From NCBI GenBank assembly GCA_049997875.1, contig JBEKRC010000001.1:14775-78774 (forward strand): DNA of 64,000 bases, in the 5' to 3' direction. This DNA is from Minisyncoccia bacterium. GTDB taxonomy: Bacteria; Patescibacteriota; Minisyncoccia; UBA6257; 2-01-FULL-56-20. Under the pieces are notes generated by a model. That model was not told the origin of the DNA. It saw nothing but the letters and a program-made list of their open reading frames with translations, and made no database searches. This document shows positions 36,832-46,467 of the stretch, piece after piece (position 1 is the first letter of the stretch; every line of letters starts with the position of its first letter). Both the position numbers and the translations under genes were made by a program.

Positions 36832-38550
36832 TGCCTCTTCCGTTTCCCGTATCACTTGCTCCATGGACGTTATCCCGTCAAGCGCCTTCATGACGCCGTC
36901 CTCGCGCAACGTGACCATCCCCTGATCCTTCGCTTCCTTCGCAATCTTCTGGGTAGTAGCGCCGCTCGCAATGATTTCTTCAAGCGCCGGCGTCATCCGG
37001 AAAACTTCGTAGATCGGGGTTCTCCCCACGATGCCCTTGCCCTTGCAGGTGGCGCATCCTTTCGTATGCCAAATCTTGTACGGCTCCGAATATTTCGCCT
37101 TGAACTCCGGGCGCACGCTTTCCAACGCCCGCCGGATGACTTTCTGCAGTTCCGGCAACGCTTCCTCCTGGAACTTGCAATCGGGGCAGAGTTCCCCCAC
37201 CAAGCGCTGCGCCATCATCACATTGAGGGAAACCGGGAGAAGGAACGGTTCAACCTTCATGTCAATAAGCCGGGGAATCACGCCCGCAGCATTATTCGTG
37301 TGAAGCGTGGAGAGTACGACGTGGCCGGTAAGCGCCGCCTGTACCGCGAGCCCTGCCGTCTCGTTGTCGCGGATCTCGCCCACCATGATAATGTCCGGAT
37401 CCTGCCGCAGAATCTGGCGCAAGCCCGACGCGAAATCATAACCGATCTCCGGACGCACCTGAGATTGGTTGACGCCCGCGATGAAATATTCCACCGGATC
37501 TTCCAGGCTTACGATGTTCACATTTTCCTGGTTCAGCGCCTGGAGGAAAGCGTAGAGCGTCGTGGTTTTTCCCGAGCCGGTCGGACCCGTGATGAGCACC
37601 ATTCCGAACGGTTTTTCAAGTCCCGCCTTTATGGCCTCAAGATTGCCGTAGCGAAACGGAAGACTTTCAAAGCTTTTGAGTCCCATAGTCGGGTCAAGAA
37701 CGCGGATCGCGACCTTCTCGCCGAGCGGCGTGGGAAACGTCGCCACGCGGAAATCAACGTCGCGGTCAAAAATCTTCGCGCGGAAACGGCCGTCCTGCGG
37801 GATCCTTGTCTCGTCTATTTTTAAATTAGAAATGACCTTGACGCGTGAAACGATCGGCTGCGCAAGCTGCGCGGGCAATGATGCCACCTGATGAAGATCG
37901 CCGTTATTGCGGAGGCGAATGCGAAGAAATCCCTGTTGCGGTTCAATATGAATGTCCGACGCCTTGCTCTCCACCGCCTCGCGGAAGGTGTCGGCCACGA
38001 TCTTAATGACAGGGGCATCTTCGCTGCCTCCCGCCTCTTCCAAGCCCACGACCCGCTGCACGCTTCCCCCTTCCTCCCCCGTGAGCGATTCAACTGCCTT
38101 TGCGATATCCGTCCGATAGGGGGAATATCTCCGAAGCACCGCTTCCCAATCGCCGTACGCGACGAGGTAGATGCCGAGATTCATATGATTCTCACGCGCA
38201 ATGAATCTTAACGCTTCCTGGGATTTCGGATCGTCGGGATGCAGCATGCCGACCACAAGAAGATTATCCTGGAGCGCGATGGGGATCACCTCGTAGCTCC
38301 TCGCGGTCTCTTCCGAAATCATTTGAAAAAGCTTTGCGTCAACGTCCGCGGGAGAAACTTTTTTATAAGGGATTTTAAGCAGCTCACTCTTGAGCTCCGC
38401 GATCTTTACGTCGTCAACCGCCCGTTGCTTCGCAATAACCGTTTCAACGGACTCTCCGCTTATGAGCGCGTCGCGCTTGATCCGGTTCGCAAGCGCAGCG
38501 TCAACGATCCCTTTCGCCTGCAGTTGCGTGAGTAGTTCGTCGGAGGTCAT
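36829..38550 (-). CDS. pilB: Type IV pilus assembly ATPase (PilB/GspE family)
   Basis: ASDIHIEP, PQDGRF, GPTGSGKTTTLY, LRQDPDIIMVGEIRD, CxxC pairs. Confidence 0.93.
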   Translation of the reverse strand: MTSDELLTQLQAKGIVDAALANRIKRDALISGESVETVIAKQRAVDDVKIAELKSELLKIPYKKVSPADVDAKLFQMISEETARSYEVIPIALQDNLLVVGMLHPDDPKSQEALRFIARENHMNLGIYLVAYGDWEAVLRRYSPYRTDIAKAVESLTGEEGGSVQRVVGLEEAGGSEDAPVIKIVADTFREAVESKASDIHIEPQQGFLRIRLRNNGDLHQVASLPAQLAQPIVSRVKVISNLKIDETRIPQDGRFRAKIFDRDVDFRVATFPTPLGEKVAIRVLDPTMGLKSFESLPFRYGNLEAIKAGLEKPFGMVLITGPTGSGKTTTLYAFLQALNQENVNIVSLEDPVEYFIAGVNQSQVRPEIGYDFASGLRQILRQDPDIIMVGEIRDNETAGLAVQAALTGHVVLSTLHTNNAAGVIPRLIDMKVEPFLLPVSLNVMMAQRLVGELCPDCKFQEEALPELQKVIRRALESVRPEFKAKYSEPYKIWHTKGCATCKGKGIVGRTPIYEVFRMTPALEEIIASGATTQKIAKEAKDQGMVTLREDGVMKALDGITSMEQVIRETEEA

Positions 38551-38645
38551 TGCTTGTATTTTAACACATCCGTGAAACCATAATTTCGCCTGACGAAACT
38601 GCTGCTGGATGGACTACCTCGTCCGATAAAAACTGCTACGGCGCG

Positions 38646-38951
38646 CTAGGGCAGGATGAATGGATTCGGGCGGCCTGTGGCAGGGGAGGTCTGCGGACCG
38701 GGCAGCGGGAACGACGGGGGCTTTAACGCCTGGAAGGCAGGGCTATTGAGTACGTCTTGCGGACGTAAGGTGGCTTGCGAGATCGGTGTGATGTTTTGAA
38801 GGCTCGCGGGCGGTGAAATGACCACGAGTCCCGGTTCGGCGAAAAAGACATAATAGACCGCGACGCCGACGACCACAAGGAAGGCAAACCATCCAAGAAA
38901 GCTCATAAGATTCACCCTGCTCTTTTTCTCTTCTTCAATAATGACGGCCAT
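38646..38951 (-). CDS. Small membrane protein of the pil cluster
   Basis: One TM, C-terminal GRPNPF. Confidence 0.7.
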   Translation of the reverse strand: MAVIIEEEKKSRVNLMSFLGWFAFLVVVGVAVYYVFFAEPGLVVISPPASLQNITPISQATLRPQDVLNSPAFQALKPPSFPLPGPQTSPATGRPNPFILP

Positions 38952-38956
38952 GGATG

Positions 38957-39586
38957 TTAGGGGAGTTCGTAATACGTTGCGACGGTGAAATTATACGTGA
39001 AAAGGTCAGGCGAAACCGCAGGGCCTTTTCCGTTCAAAGCGCCGCTCGGAGGGGGCTGGATTGAAAGCGCCGTAAGGTCGAAGATGCGGATATTCATTTC
39101 AAGCTGCGACAAAAAACTCTTGAAATTTTCATAGCTTCCGACGGCGGCGATTTGAAGGGAAAACGTTCCCATCTGCTTCGTACCCTGGCCTGCGGCGAGT
39201 CCCGCGGAGGCGCCTCCTTGCTGCGCTTGGTTCTGAAGCTCTACCATCGGCGACGTAAGGCCCATGCTCTGGATCACCACGTTGTTATTCAGGGCGATGC
39301 CGTATACTTGGGCAAGCGCCGATGCCATGTTCGGCCCCGAGGGCATAGCCAAGGCAAGGCTATCCTGCACCGCACCTTCATTTTTGTATTGGCTGATCAA
39401 TGTCTTTGCCTGGCCCACGATTTGCTGCTCATTGCTCAAAAAATTCTCGCTGCTCAATTCCGTTCCTTTTTTCGCCTGGAGATTGCCATAGGTCGGCTGG
39501 ATAAGATCAAAGAAAATCAAAAGCGCGGCCACAAGAAACACGAGGGCGATGAGCATGCTGGCGAGTCGTTTTGAGCTTTGTCTCAT
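38957..39586 (-). CDS. pilO: PilO-like protein
   Basis: TM, coiled coil, GSYENFKSFLSQLEMNIRIFD. Confidence 0.75.
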   Translation of the reverse strand: MRQSSKRLASMLIALVFLVAALLIFFDLIQPTYGNLQAKKGTELSSENFLSNEQQIVGQAKTLISQYKNEGAVQDSLALAMPSGPNMASALAQVYGIALNNNVVIQSMGLTSPMVELQNQAQQGGASAGLAAGQGTKQMGTFSLQIAAVGSYENFKSFLSQLEMNIRIFDLTALSIQPPPSGALNGKGPAVSPDLFTYNFTVATYYELP

Positions 39587-39598
39587 GGCGTGAGTATG

Positions 39599-40156
39599 CT
39601 ACTGCGGTTCCCGCAACACCGACGGCGGATCCACGATGAGTGTCACGGTGAATTGCCACTGCCCGCCCGTGGGGGAAAGGGAAACCGCCGAAAGATTCAC
39701 GGACTTCACCTCGGGAGCAGCCTCAAAGATAGCGACTTGCTGATTCACGTCGGCCTCGGTCGGCGCGATTGCCGAAAGCACGATTTGATTCCCGGAAGAG
39801 AAGGTGAAGCGTGAATAATAAACATTCGCTTCGGTATTTTTTTCAAGCCACAGAAGAAAGCGGGAAAACACAACGTGAGTCCCGAGCGCCGCTTTCAGGT
39901 TCGTGATTTCGGAATAGAAGGCCGTGAACTGCGCCATATCGCCGGCAGATATGGACTTTGCAAGCGTATCCATTTGCGCATCGAGCTGTGCGATGCGCGA
40001 GTCCAAGTACGGCTCGTAGCCAAAGGCAAGACCGAAATAAATGAGCAGGGCGATAAGGAGAATGCCGCCGGAAAAGGCAAGCAAGCCGACTGACCAACCC
40101 GGCGTCTGGGGGGACTCCTTACTCAAGCGTTCAATAACCTGTTCTGGAAGAGCCAT
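39599..40156 (-). CDS. pilN: PilN-like protein
   Basis: TM plus coiled coil, located between pilM and pilO. Confidence 0.7.
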   Translation of the reverse strand: MALPEQVIERLSKESPQTPGWSVGLLAFSGGILLIALLIYFGLAFGYEPYLDSRIAQLDAQMDTLAKSISAGDMAQFTAFYSEITNLKAALGTHVVFSRFLLWLEKNTEANVYYSRFTFSSGNQIVLSAIAPTEADVNQQVAIFEAAPEVKSVNLSAVSLSPTGGQWQFTVTLIVDPPSVLREPQ

Positions 40157-40169
40157 GATAATGATTGTT

Positions 40170-41225
40170 TTATACGAATTCCTTCATCCCGAGCCCAAGC
40201 GCCACGCTCATCACGGGGTTGAGCTCCGCGACGAGCGGCGAAAGTTCAGGGGCATACTCAAATCGCAGGAAGGGCGTCGCTCGGACGACCGGCATCCCAA
40301 ACTCGCGCTCAAAATACTTTTCAATGCCCAAAAGGTTTGCCCCGCCCCCCGAAAGCACAAGCCGCTCCGTTTTTCGCGCCATGGGAAACTGCTGCGCATA
40401 GACAAATTGCGCCTTCTTCACCTCGTTAATTATAGCATCCAAAAGCGGAAGCATTATTGTGGACAATTCGTAGCTCGGGCCCGTTCCTATGATACCACGC
40501 TCTTTTTTGAGTTCCTCGGCGCGCGCCGGATTGATGCTCAAGCTTGTGGCAAGAGCCTTTGTGAGCGAGGCCGAGGCGAAATCGCTGCTCTGGGCATTCC
40601 ACACAAGTTGCCCCCCGTCAAGAAAAACGATATTCGTTGAGTGGCTGCCGATATCCACGACCATGGTAGGCGTCGGATCGCCGCCAAAAATCCGCGCAAT
40701 GCTCACGCTCTCAATCTCAAGCGCGTGGAGCGTGAGCCCCGCGGCCCCGAACATCCTTTGGTACTTTTTAACCTGCTCCTTGGGAACCGAGATGAGAAGG
40801 ATTTTCTGATGGACAAGGCCTTTGTCGTCTTCGTACTCCGCAACCTTCAGCCAGTCAAGCGCAATTTCGGAAAGCGGCATTGGCACGTATTGCCTCGCCT
40901 GATAGACCATCGCTTTTTTCATCTCTTCCGGACTCATCTGCGGAAAATCAATGACGGTGGTAAACACGGAGAATGGCGGCAGGGACGCAAAGGCGACCTT
41001 TGCCTGCGTGCCCATTTCTCGTATGATCACCTTTAAAAATTCAACGATGTCTGACTCGAAAATTCGGAGACTGCTTGTCTGCAATGCTTGGTTCGCACGC
41101 GAAAGATATCCGCCCGATTCTAAGACGCCGTAGTTTGTGACCTGCGGCCGCGTTCCGCCCTTTTTCACCTCAACGATCTTGATGGAGGTGGTGCCGATAT
41201 CCACGCCGAGACACGAGTTCGCCAT
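40170..41225 (-). CDS. pilM: Type IV pilus assembly protein PilM
   Basis: LGVDIGTTSIKIVE, VDIGSHST, LSGGGANL, VALGLGM. Confidence 0.92.
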   Translation of the reverse strand: MANSCLGVDIGTTSIKIVEVKKGGTRPQVTNYGVLESGGYLSRANQALQTSSLRIFESDIVEFLKVIIREMGTQAKVAFASLPPFSVFTTVIDFPQMSPEEMKKAMVYQARQYVPMPLSEIALDWLKVAEYEDDKGLVHQKILLISVPKEQVKKYQRMFGAAGLTLHALEIESVSIARIFGGDPTPTMVVDIGSHSTNIVFLDGGQLVWNAQSSDFASASLTKALATSLSINPARAEELKKERGIIGTGPSYELSTIMLPLLDAIINEVKKAQFVYAQQFPMARKTERLVLSGGGANLLGIEKYFEREFGMPVVRATPFLRFEYAPELSPLVAELNPVMSVALGLGMKEFV

Positions 41226-41266
41226 TGTTAACCTGCTTTTAATCTGCCGATGCTTATTATCATACC

Positions 41267-41968
41267 ATGAGTTTTGACTTTCTGGTTTCTCTTTTTTTTC
41301 CACGCCGCTGCCTTGCCTGCGGGAAAACCCTGCGGGCGGGCGCGCTCTGTCCCGCGTGCCGCGGGAAGATAACGACCGCGCGCACGTTCTTCTGCGGCCG
41401 ATGCGGCTCGCCGCTTCCCGGTCCGAAGCTCCATGACCCCCGCCGCACCTGCCATCCTGACTTCCCCTACGTGCTCGGCGCCGCGGGAAGCTACAAGGAC
41501 GAAACCCTAAGGGCGCTCGTCCACGCCCTCAAGTTCCGCGGCGTGAGAGCGGCGGCGGAACCGCTCGCATCCATCATGGCGGAGTACGCCCTGCCATTCA
41601 AAACGGATCTGTTGCGTTACGTCGCGATGCCAATCCCGCTTTCGCGTGAGCGCTTCCGCATCCGCGGTTTCAATCAATCGGAACGCATTGCAACGCGATT
41701 CGCGGAATATTTCGGACTTCCCGTGGCAACGAAGTGCCTTGTGCGGATCAAGCACGCAAAACCACAGAGTGAAACGACGAGCGTGGCGGAGCGGAGAGAG
41801 AACATCCGCGGATGTTTTGCGGTTGCCGATGCCGCCGCCGCGTGCGGGAAAAACGTTCTCCTTGTTGACGACGTGAGCACCTCCGGCGCGACGTTTCTTG
41901 AAGCTGCGCGCGCGCTCAAGGACGCCCACGCGGCGGACATTATCGCGCTTGCGGCAGCCAAGGCATAG
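41267..41968 (+). CDS. comF: ComF family protein (Zn ribbon plus PRTase)
   Basis: FPRRCLAC..CPAC..CGRC, RGFNQS, LLVDDVSTSGAT. Confidence 0.93.
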   Translation: MSFDFLVSLFFPRRCLACGKTLRAGALCPACRGKITTARTFFCGRCGSPLPGPKLHDPRRTCHPDFPYVLGAAGSYKDETLRALVHALKFRGVRAAAEPLASIMAEYALPFKTDLLRYVAMPIPLSRERFRIRGFNQSERIATRFAEYFGLPVATKCLVRIKHAKPQSETTSVAERRENIRGCFAVADAAAACGKNVLLVDDVSTSGATFLEAARALKDAHAADIIALAAAKA

Positions 41969-42129
41969 AACCCATCTCCAAAATAGGCGCACGAGGATCA
42001 TGAACCATTTTCGAGCGAGAAACGTGAATCCCGACAAAGGAATACCTCGTGGCATTGCGAGGAGGGATTCGCGTTTCGCAGCCGAAAATGGCCATAAGAG
42101 TCGTGTGGCCTATTTTGGAGATGGGTTCT
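41967..42129. mobile_element. MITE-like element with 22-bp perfect terminal inverted repeats
   Basis: AGAACCCATCTCCAAAATAGGC at 41967-41988 and its reverse complement at 42108-42129, palindromic interior. Confidence 0.7.
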
Positions 42130-42148
42130 CACGTGGTAAAATAGCCAC

Positions 42149-42616
42149 ATGGCATCATTTGAAATGAAATGGGAAGCGCCGGAGTACGAGTACCGCGAGA
42201 AAGGCGTGTCGTGGTACTGGATTTCCATCATCATCGCGGCCGTCATCATCGCATTCTCCGTCTGGGAAAGGAACTTCCTCTTCGGACTTTTCGTCGTCAT
42301 CGCGGAGATGCTTTTCATCGTATGGGGCAACCGCGCGCCGCGCACGGTGCGCTTCGCGCTCACCGAAAACGGCGTAGCGATAGAAGGAGGAAAATCCCAT
42401 TCGCTCAAGGACTTTGAGAGCGTGAGTGCGACGGCAGCGAACGACGGCTGGGTTGAACTTACATTTACCTTCCGCGCAAAACTCAAAACGCCTTTAAAGA
42501 TTTTCCTCCCGGAGGCGCGGCTCACCGAATTCCGCAACAACATGAAGCTGATCCTCAGGGAAGTGCCCCACGAACCGACGCTGCTTGACTCCATTGAAAA
42601 GCTCGTCGGGTTTTAG
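42149..42616 (+). CDS. Conserved-type hypothetical 2-TM protein
   Basis: WEAPEYEYREK..WYW, two TMs, soluble C-terminal domain. Confidence 0.8.
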   Translation: MASFEMKWEAPEYEYREKGVSWYWISIIIAAVIIAFSVWERNFLFGLFVVIAEMLFIVWGNRAPRTVRFALTENGVAIEGGKSHSLKDFESVSATAANDGWVELTFTFRAKLKTPLKIFLPEARLTEFRNNMKLILREVPHEPTLLDSIEKLVGF

Positions 42617-42632
42617 TAAGGTGAAAGCGTCG

Positions 42633-42700
42633 GCATGCGCTCCCGCTGTGTGCGCCCTCCTGCGCAGACGAAGTCGGTCGCACACAGCGGGAGCGCATGC
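42633..42700 (+). repeat. 22-bp perfect hairpin, copy 2 of the covarying family
   Basis: Arms 42633-42654 and 42679-42700. Loop contains TCCTGCGCAGACGAAGTCG. Confidence 0.85.
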
Positions 42701-42703
42701 TAC

Positions 42704-42775
42704 GCCCTCGTCGTTCAACGGACAGGACGCAAGATTGCGGATCTTGTAATAGAGGTTCGATTCCTCTCGAGGGCA
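42704..42775 (+). tRNA. tRNA-Arg(GCG)
   Basis: GCCCTCG acceptor, CAAGA-TTGCGGA-TCTTG arm, GTTCGATTCC. Confidence 0.93.
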
Positions 42776-42857
42776 CCTTGCACAAAACGGCAGAAAACGG
42801 TTAAATTAGGGCATAGGCGAAAAACGCCAAAGGTCTAACTAATTCTTTAACAAAAAT

Positions 42858-43616
42858 ATGAGCATTTTCTCGACCCTAAAACAAGACGCCATAAACTTCC
42901 TCGAACCGTACAAGACCAAAGAGCCAGCCACGTATGCAGCAGCGGAACAAGCAATCGGAGCCATCCTGATAACCGACGGCTTTGTAGGCATAAGCAATCC
43001 GTTCGGACGCAAAAAGCGTTCGGGCATATTCGGCACGATTGGGGGAATGGTTTTGGGAATCATCTTTATATTCATCCCGACCATAACTAACAACGTAACG
43101 GGGATTAACTCGATGACCGCAACGACTTCGGCGACCGTCGTTTCGATCGGTGCACCAAGTTATACGACCAGCAGCAATGGCAACAGGAGTGCCGCATGTC
43201 CCTTGACCGTGAGCTACTCGGTTAACGGCCAAACCTATACGCAGCAATCATCCATCTCCTCCTCGGATTACTGCTCCTTATCGCAAGGCCAGAGCATCGT
43301 TATAAATTACAACCCAACCAGCCCCGGCTCTTGGGTCTATGGGGCAAAGACGATCGGCTATATTCTCGAAATATTCTTTTGGGCGGGATGGCTCGTCTTG
43401 CTTTCCAGCATTATCACCTTCTTCATCCGGCTGTTCAGCATCATCTTCGGCTGGAAATTGGTAAGGGACGGTCGGAAGAACGCAGCCGCCCTGCCTCCGG
43501 GAACGAATCTTCAAACTATGATCGAAGAAATCAAAAAGAACTTTATAAGCAGTACATTTGGATTTGGAGGCGCAGCGAATCCACCTCTCAATGGTATTGG
43601 CGGAACCCAACTGTAA
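42858..43616 (+). CDS. Membrane protein, DUF3592-like
   Basis: TM, beta-rich domain (YSVNGQTY...INYNPTSP), TM. Confidence 0.7.
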   Translation: MSIFSTLKQDAINFLEPYKTKEPATYAAAEQAIGAILITDGFVGISNPFGRKKRSGIFGTIGGMVLGIIFIFIPTITNNVTGINSMTATTSATVVSIGAPSYTTSSNGNRSAACPLTVSYSVNGQTYTQQSSISSSDYCSLSQGQSIVINYNPTSPGSWVYGAKTIGYILEIFFWAGWLVLLSSIITFFIRLFSIIFGWKLVRDGRKNAAALPPGTNLQTMIEEIKKNFISSTFGFGGAANPPLNGIGGTQL

Positions 43617-44080
43617 TGATAAAAGATTTCATACGGAAAGGAACTTGCGCCGCGGTCGTGGCATGCGCGCTATTGGCTAGCGGTGTGATACTTGCGAACG
43701 GGCAAACTTATCCATCGGATACAACCACCACCATTGCAACTTCCACCTCCTCCTGCACGGTGAACGGACAGCCCGTCCCTTGCGGCCAACTATTTAAGTC
43801 TATTGGATGGTTTGCGGGGATAGGATTTGGCCTTATTATTCTTTTTATCGTCATATCCATTCTCTGCCTTATCTTTTGGATATTTATGCTAGTGGATGCA
43901 ATCAAAAAACCGATTCAGCATAAACCCCTTTGGATAATTATCCTTCTTCTTTTCGGTATTGTAGGTGCGATTGTATATTATTTCGCGGTAAAACGGAGTG
44001 CCGATCCGTTGGTGAATGGGAACATTCAGAAAAATAATATTGCTACACCAACCAGCACGCCTCCTCCAGCCGTAGGCTAA
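43616..44080 (+). CDS. PLDc N-terminal domain-like membrane protein
   Basis: FWIFMLVDAIK...KPLWIIILLLFGIVGAIVYYF, translationally coupled (TAATG). Confidence 0.75.
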   Translation: MIKDFIRKGTCAAVVACALLASGVILANGQTYPSDTTTTIATSTSSCTVNGQPVPCGQLFKSIGWFAGIGFGLIILFIVISILCLIFWIFMLVDAIKKPIQHKPLWIIILLLFGIVGAIVYYFAVKRSADPLVNGNIQKNNIATPTSTPPPAVG

Positions 44081-44196
44081 TAGTAAACACCCGCTTTATA
44101 TATAGGTATAAAAATAGCCGCTATTCATAGGCGACCAGGTAACCCGCGGATCCTTTCTTTACTAATTTTTGCGAAGATTCTATATTGTAAACAACA

Positions 44197-44928
44197 ATGC
44201 CCTTGGAAAAATTTGACCAAGAATCTGTTTCCACCAACGGTGCAGAACAAGAAAGGGACAAAGAGATAGAAAGCGCCCTAGAGAAAATCCCCAATGCGGA
44301 CGCCGTCGTTGTTTTGGGAGAATGGTTTGAGATGAATAAGAATGGGAAAGCCGTTCCTTCTCTTGAATCAAAAATGAGAGCCATTGGGGCGCTTGAACTT
44401 TTTGAGAGGGGAAAAGTAAAAAAGATCATTATCAGCGGGAGCGGTCATCGGAAGGGCGTTTCCACCGAGGCAACAGTTGCGGAGGCGATGAAAGAGTATT
44501 TGCTCTCGCGGGGTATCCCCGAAAATGCTGTCTTTACGGAAGGAACATCTATCAATACTGCCGAGGGCCTCGAAAACGTTCTTGGCTTACTAGAGCAGGA
44601 AGACATCAGAAAAGTGCTTCTTGAGACGAACGAATACCATCTGCCACGCGCTAGACAACTTTTCGAAAATATTCTTAGGAAGCATGGCTTGGATATCAAC
44701 CTTGCAAATTCTGTTTCTGCGGAAGAGTTATTAAAGGAGCGCTCCCCGCATTACGAGAAGCTCACTTCTCATTTCGAATTTCCATCGTCCTTAAAAAACG
44801 CACCGAGAGAAGCTCTCCAGAAGGGACTGCGAGAATTTCTGCGCCGCGTACTTATTTATGTTGACCGCGACGATAAAATTGCAAAATTTCTTGCCGGGAA
44901 AATACGTGGCTCCAGAACCAGAGAATAA
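44197..44928 (+). CDS. YdcF/DUF218 family protein
   Basis: DAVVVLG, IIISG, AEAMKEYL, E..S.NT, TNEYHLPRA. Confidence 0.85.
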   Translation: MPLEKFDQESVSTNGAEQERDKEIESALEKIPNADAVVVLGEWFEMNKNGKAVPSLESKMRAIGALELFERGKVKKIIISGSGHRKGVSTEATVAEAMKEYLLSRGIPENAVFTEGTSINTAEGLENVLGLLEQEDIRKVLLETNEYHLPRARQLFENILRKHGLDINLANSVSAEELLKERSPHYEKLTSHFEFPSSLKNAPREALQKGLREFLRRVLIYVDRDDKIAKFLAGKIRGSRTRE

Positions 44929-45071
44929 CCGCAGATCGGGGGCTTCGGCAACGATCTAAAAACAATCCTAAAAAATGTTTGTGGGGCTTTCCTCGCAAAC
45001 TTTGGAGATTCTGGAGGGACACAGGAAAGATGCAATGGCGCTTTGGAGGGATAGGGTAACTACTCTTCCGT

Positions 45072-45620
45072 TCATCCTTTTTCATCAATTCGGAAACCGA
45101 ATTGTCCCTTGTCGTCCAGTTTTTCCCGGGGCGGTTCCATAAGCTTTTTAATCGCCCTAAAGACCACCATGAATTGCCCATCATATCTCCTTTCCATGGC
45201 CTCAATCTTCCGCGCAAGTTCTTTATGCGCAGCAAGTAAAGACCGGAACCTTACGAATGCCCGCATAATGGCGACGTTTACTTGCGCTGCGCGCTCGCCC
45301 GTGAGCACACTTGAAAGCATTGCCACTCCATGTTCCGTAAAAGCATACGGGAGAAATCCGCCCAAACTGCGTTTGGAAGGTATCACATTTTGTGATACCA
45401 AAGTTTTCGCCTCTTCCCGTGAAATCTGAAACATGAAATCTTCAGGAAAGCGGTTTTTGTTCCGCCTTACTTGCTGCCGCAGCGCGATTGCCCTAACGCC
45501 ATAGAGCACCGCGAGATCTCTATCCAACATCACGCGGCATCCCCGCACCAGCAGTATCTTACTTTCAATACCCTCCGTTTTTAGGATCGCCGGAGCGATG
45601 GTTCGTTTCATGATTACCAT
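45072..45620 (-). CDS. ORF6N (KilA-N-like) DNA-binding domain protein
   Basis: RGCRVMLDRDLAVLYGV, RNKNRFPEDFMFQ, PYAFTEHGVAMLSSVL. Confidence 0.9.
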   Translation of the reverse strand: MVIMKRTIAPAILKTEGIESKILLVRGCRVMLDRDLAVLYGVRAIALRQQVRRNKNRFPEDFMFQISREEAKTLVSQNVIPSKRSLGGFLPYAFTEHGVAMLSSVLTGERAAQVNVAIMRAFVRFRSLLAAHKELARKIEAMERRYDGQFMVVFRAIKKLMEPPREKLDDKGQFGFRIDEKG

Positions 45621-45718
45621 ACTACAGGTTGATGATTAAATTTTCTTAAAATTTTCCAATTAAAATGCCGACTTGGATTGATATTCTTTTAAAAACGTAT
45701 ACAATGAAATCCAATAGC

Positions 45719-45793
45719 GCGGGTATCGTATAGCGGCTATTATGCGACCTTGCCAAGGTCGAGATACGGGTCCGACTCCCGTTACCCGCTCCA
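45719..45793 (+). tRNA. tRNA-Gly(GCC), second divergent copy with TCCGACT T-loop
   Basis: GCGGGTA acceptor, CGACC-TTGCCAA-GGTCG arm, CCA encoded. Confidence 0.9.
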
Positions 45794-45923
45794 GTTTTGA
45801 CCCCGGCGGCGCAACGGTATATAATGAAAACAATAGCAAAATGCCCTTATGGAGAGGGCGTTTTGCTTGAAAAGGGCGTGCGTTGCGCCCCGCGTAACGA
45901 GACCACGGCATATTACGTTCCCT

Positions 45924-46460
45924 ATGTTAGACAGCGAGCCAAAACTGATCAAGGAAGCTGTCGCCGGGAAATCCTCGGCGTTCGGCCCTCTTTACGATCA
46001 TTATCAACCGATGATCTATCGGTTCGTGCTCGTGAAGGTCGGCCGGCGTGAGGACGCCGAGGATATCACCCATCAGGTCTTCCTCTCGGCATGGCAGAAC
46101 ATCAGGAGCTACAAGCACCGCGGGTATCCTTTCTCAAGCTGGCTCTATCAGATCGCGCGGAATCAGATCGTTGATCACTACCGCGCAAAGAAAAACGAGA
46201 CGAGTCTTGAGAAAATGGATCCCGAACGCTTCGCCATTCCCGCCACGGCGCAGTTTGACCTTTCTACGAAGCTTGAGGCGGAGAGAGTGCTCGCGGTTCT
46301 CGCCACGCTTAAGCCGGAATACCAGGACGTCATCATCCTCCGATTTATTGAGGAACTCCCCATCAAGGAAACCGCCGGGGCGATGGAGAAGACCGAAGGG
46401 GCGGTAAAACTCATGCAACATCGGGCGATCAAAGAGCTGCAACGGATACTCACCGCATAA
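45924..46460 (+). CDS. ECF RNA polymerase sigma factor
   Basis: AFGPLYDHY, DAEDITHQVF, FSSWLYQIARN, region 4 HTH. Confidence 0.93.
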   Translation: MLDSEPKLIKEAVAGKSSAFGPLYDHYQPMIYRFVLVKVGRREDAEDITHQVFLSAWQNIRSYKHRGYPFSSWLYQIARNQIVDHYRAKKNETSLEKMDPERFAIPATAQFDLSTKLEAERVLAVLATLKPEYQDVIILRFIEELPIKETAGAMEKTEGAVKLMQHRAIKELQRILTA

Positions 46461-46467
46461 TGAAACC

